From Vicugna vicugna (lineage: Eukaryota), in NCBI GenBank assembly GCA_013265495.1, contig MU058045.1, forward strand, positions 531,986 through 595,985: a stretch of 64,000 nucleotides of DNA, in the 5' to 3' direction. Of this stretch, positions 63,006-64,000 are shown piece by piece. The position numbers and the translations under genes are program-made. The notes below the pieces were generated by a model, which ran no database searches, was not told the origin of the DNA, and was given only the letters and a program-made list of their open reading frames with translations. How positions within the stretch are numbered: position 1 is the stretch's first letter; each line of letters starts with the position of its first letter.

Positions 63006-63304
63006 GGCAGAGGAGTTTTGGAGGTAGGTGCTGTTTAGGTGGGCATAACTCTGACTCCGAGGGAAATCCAGGAGGAGAGAGGGAGGAGTCCAAGAGGATG
63101 GCTCTGCAGTGAGGCAGGGCCCCAGGGGAGAGGGCCCCAGCAGAGAGGGCCCGTTCTAGCTCAGCCCAGGAGAGCTTTCTGTGAAATACTGTTTGCTGGT
63201 GATGCAGAACCTCCCTGGGATCTGCCAAAACTTCTGTGAAAGTAGGACATTCAGGGTATCTTGGGTACAACTGGGTTTCTTTTGGTAGCTGACAGAGGCC
63301 AATA

Positions 63305-64000
63305 TTTTTAAAATATTTTATTTGGAAATAATTTTAAACTTACAGAAAAGTTGTAAGAGTAAGAGTACAAAGAACCCCCACGTGTCTGTTACCCAGATTC
63401 ATCTGTTGTTAACATTTTGTCCCACTTGCCTTATCATTTGATCTCTCTCTCTCTCTCTTTCTCTCTCTCTTCAGTTATACTTTTTCTGAACCATTTGAGA
63501 GTAAACTGCATATATCCTGGCCTTTCACCGCTACACATGCCAGTGTATTTCAGCGTAAAGGGCTCAGTCCTAAGAATAAGGATGGTCTCTTACATAACTG
63601 AAGCACAGTTGCCAGCTTCAGTGAATTGATACACTATTTTTATCTAAATCTCTTGTTAAATGTCCCAATCACCATATATATAATTATTTATTTATATATA
63701 CATATAAAATATATATATATCTGGGCCCTTTATTCTATTATTAGGTCGAGTTTTTCGTCCTGGGGTCAACACACACTGCCGTAATTACTATCTAGCTCTG
63801 TAATAATTCTTGATAGCTGGGAAGGCAAGCCCCTTACCTTATTCTTCTTCAGATTATTCCTGGCCTTTTGTTCTCCAATATAAATTTTGGAATTAGCTTG
63901 TTAAGTTCCACCAAAAAAAGTCTCTTGATCAATTTGGGGGAAATCGACATCTTTAGGATATTGAGCCTCTCAAGCTGGGAGTATAGTAGGTCTCTCCATT
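63305..64000 (-). mobile_element. Old L1 (L1MC-like) fragments
   Basis: gaaataattttaaacttacagaaaagttg...acccagattca...gttaacatttt; ataaattttggaattagcttg. Confidence 0.7.

Noticed and set aside
166..63629. Hundreds of 60-220 aa ORFs in the six-frame track as separate genes
   Set aside because: Plus-strand ones are DNAH2 exons with read-through into introns. Minus-strand ones are antisense shadows of exons or repeat-derived, with no recognisable domains or splice structure.
1..64000. CRISPR arrays, operons or prokaryotic defence systems
   Set aside because: The sequence is clearly mammalian intron-exon DNA, and no repeat-spacer array was seen.

Overview
Mammalian genomic DNA covering the central part of one gene, the axonemal inner-arm dynein heavy chain DNAH2, on the + strand. 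I read 75 GT-AG coding exons from 1307 to 61292. Their splice phases are consistent throughout and they total 11,700 nt, about 3,900 aa, spanning tail, linker, AAA1-AAA4, stalk/MTBD, AAA5 and part of AAA6. The start and stop codons lie outside the window. Exon numbers below are window-relative (w1-w75). Introns carry young tRNA-Ala(AGC)-derived SINEs resembling the camelid vic-1 family (inference: the source is a camelid), plus old L1, L2, MIR and DNA-transposon MITEs. No new biological system is demonstrated. The best leads are: (1) a 1.3-kb decayed Gypsy-type RT/RNase H fossil in the 8-kb intron; (2) an intact frame-neutral 82-aa exon pair that I recall is skipped in the human reference isoform; (3) a dual-specificity CAG|GTGAGT splice site next to a stop-free in-frame intron; (4) a CpG-rich intronic element with GC-box, X-box-like and NRF1 motifs; (5) CTCF-like sites, nested and inverted SINEs, and an L2-clade RT fossil. 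Repeat family names come from recognising consensus sequences by eye, and repeat boundaries are approximate.
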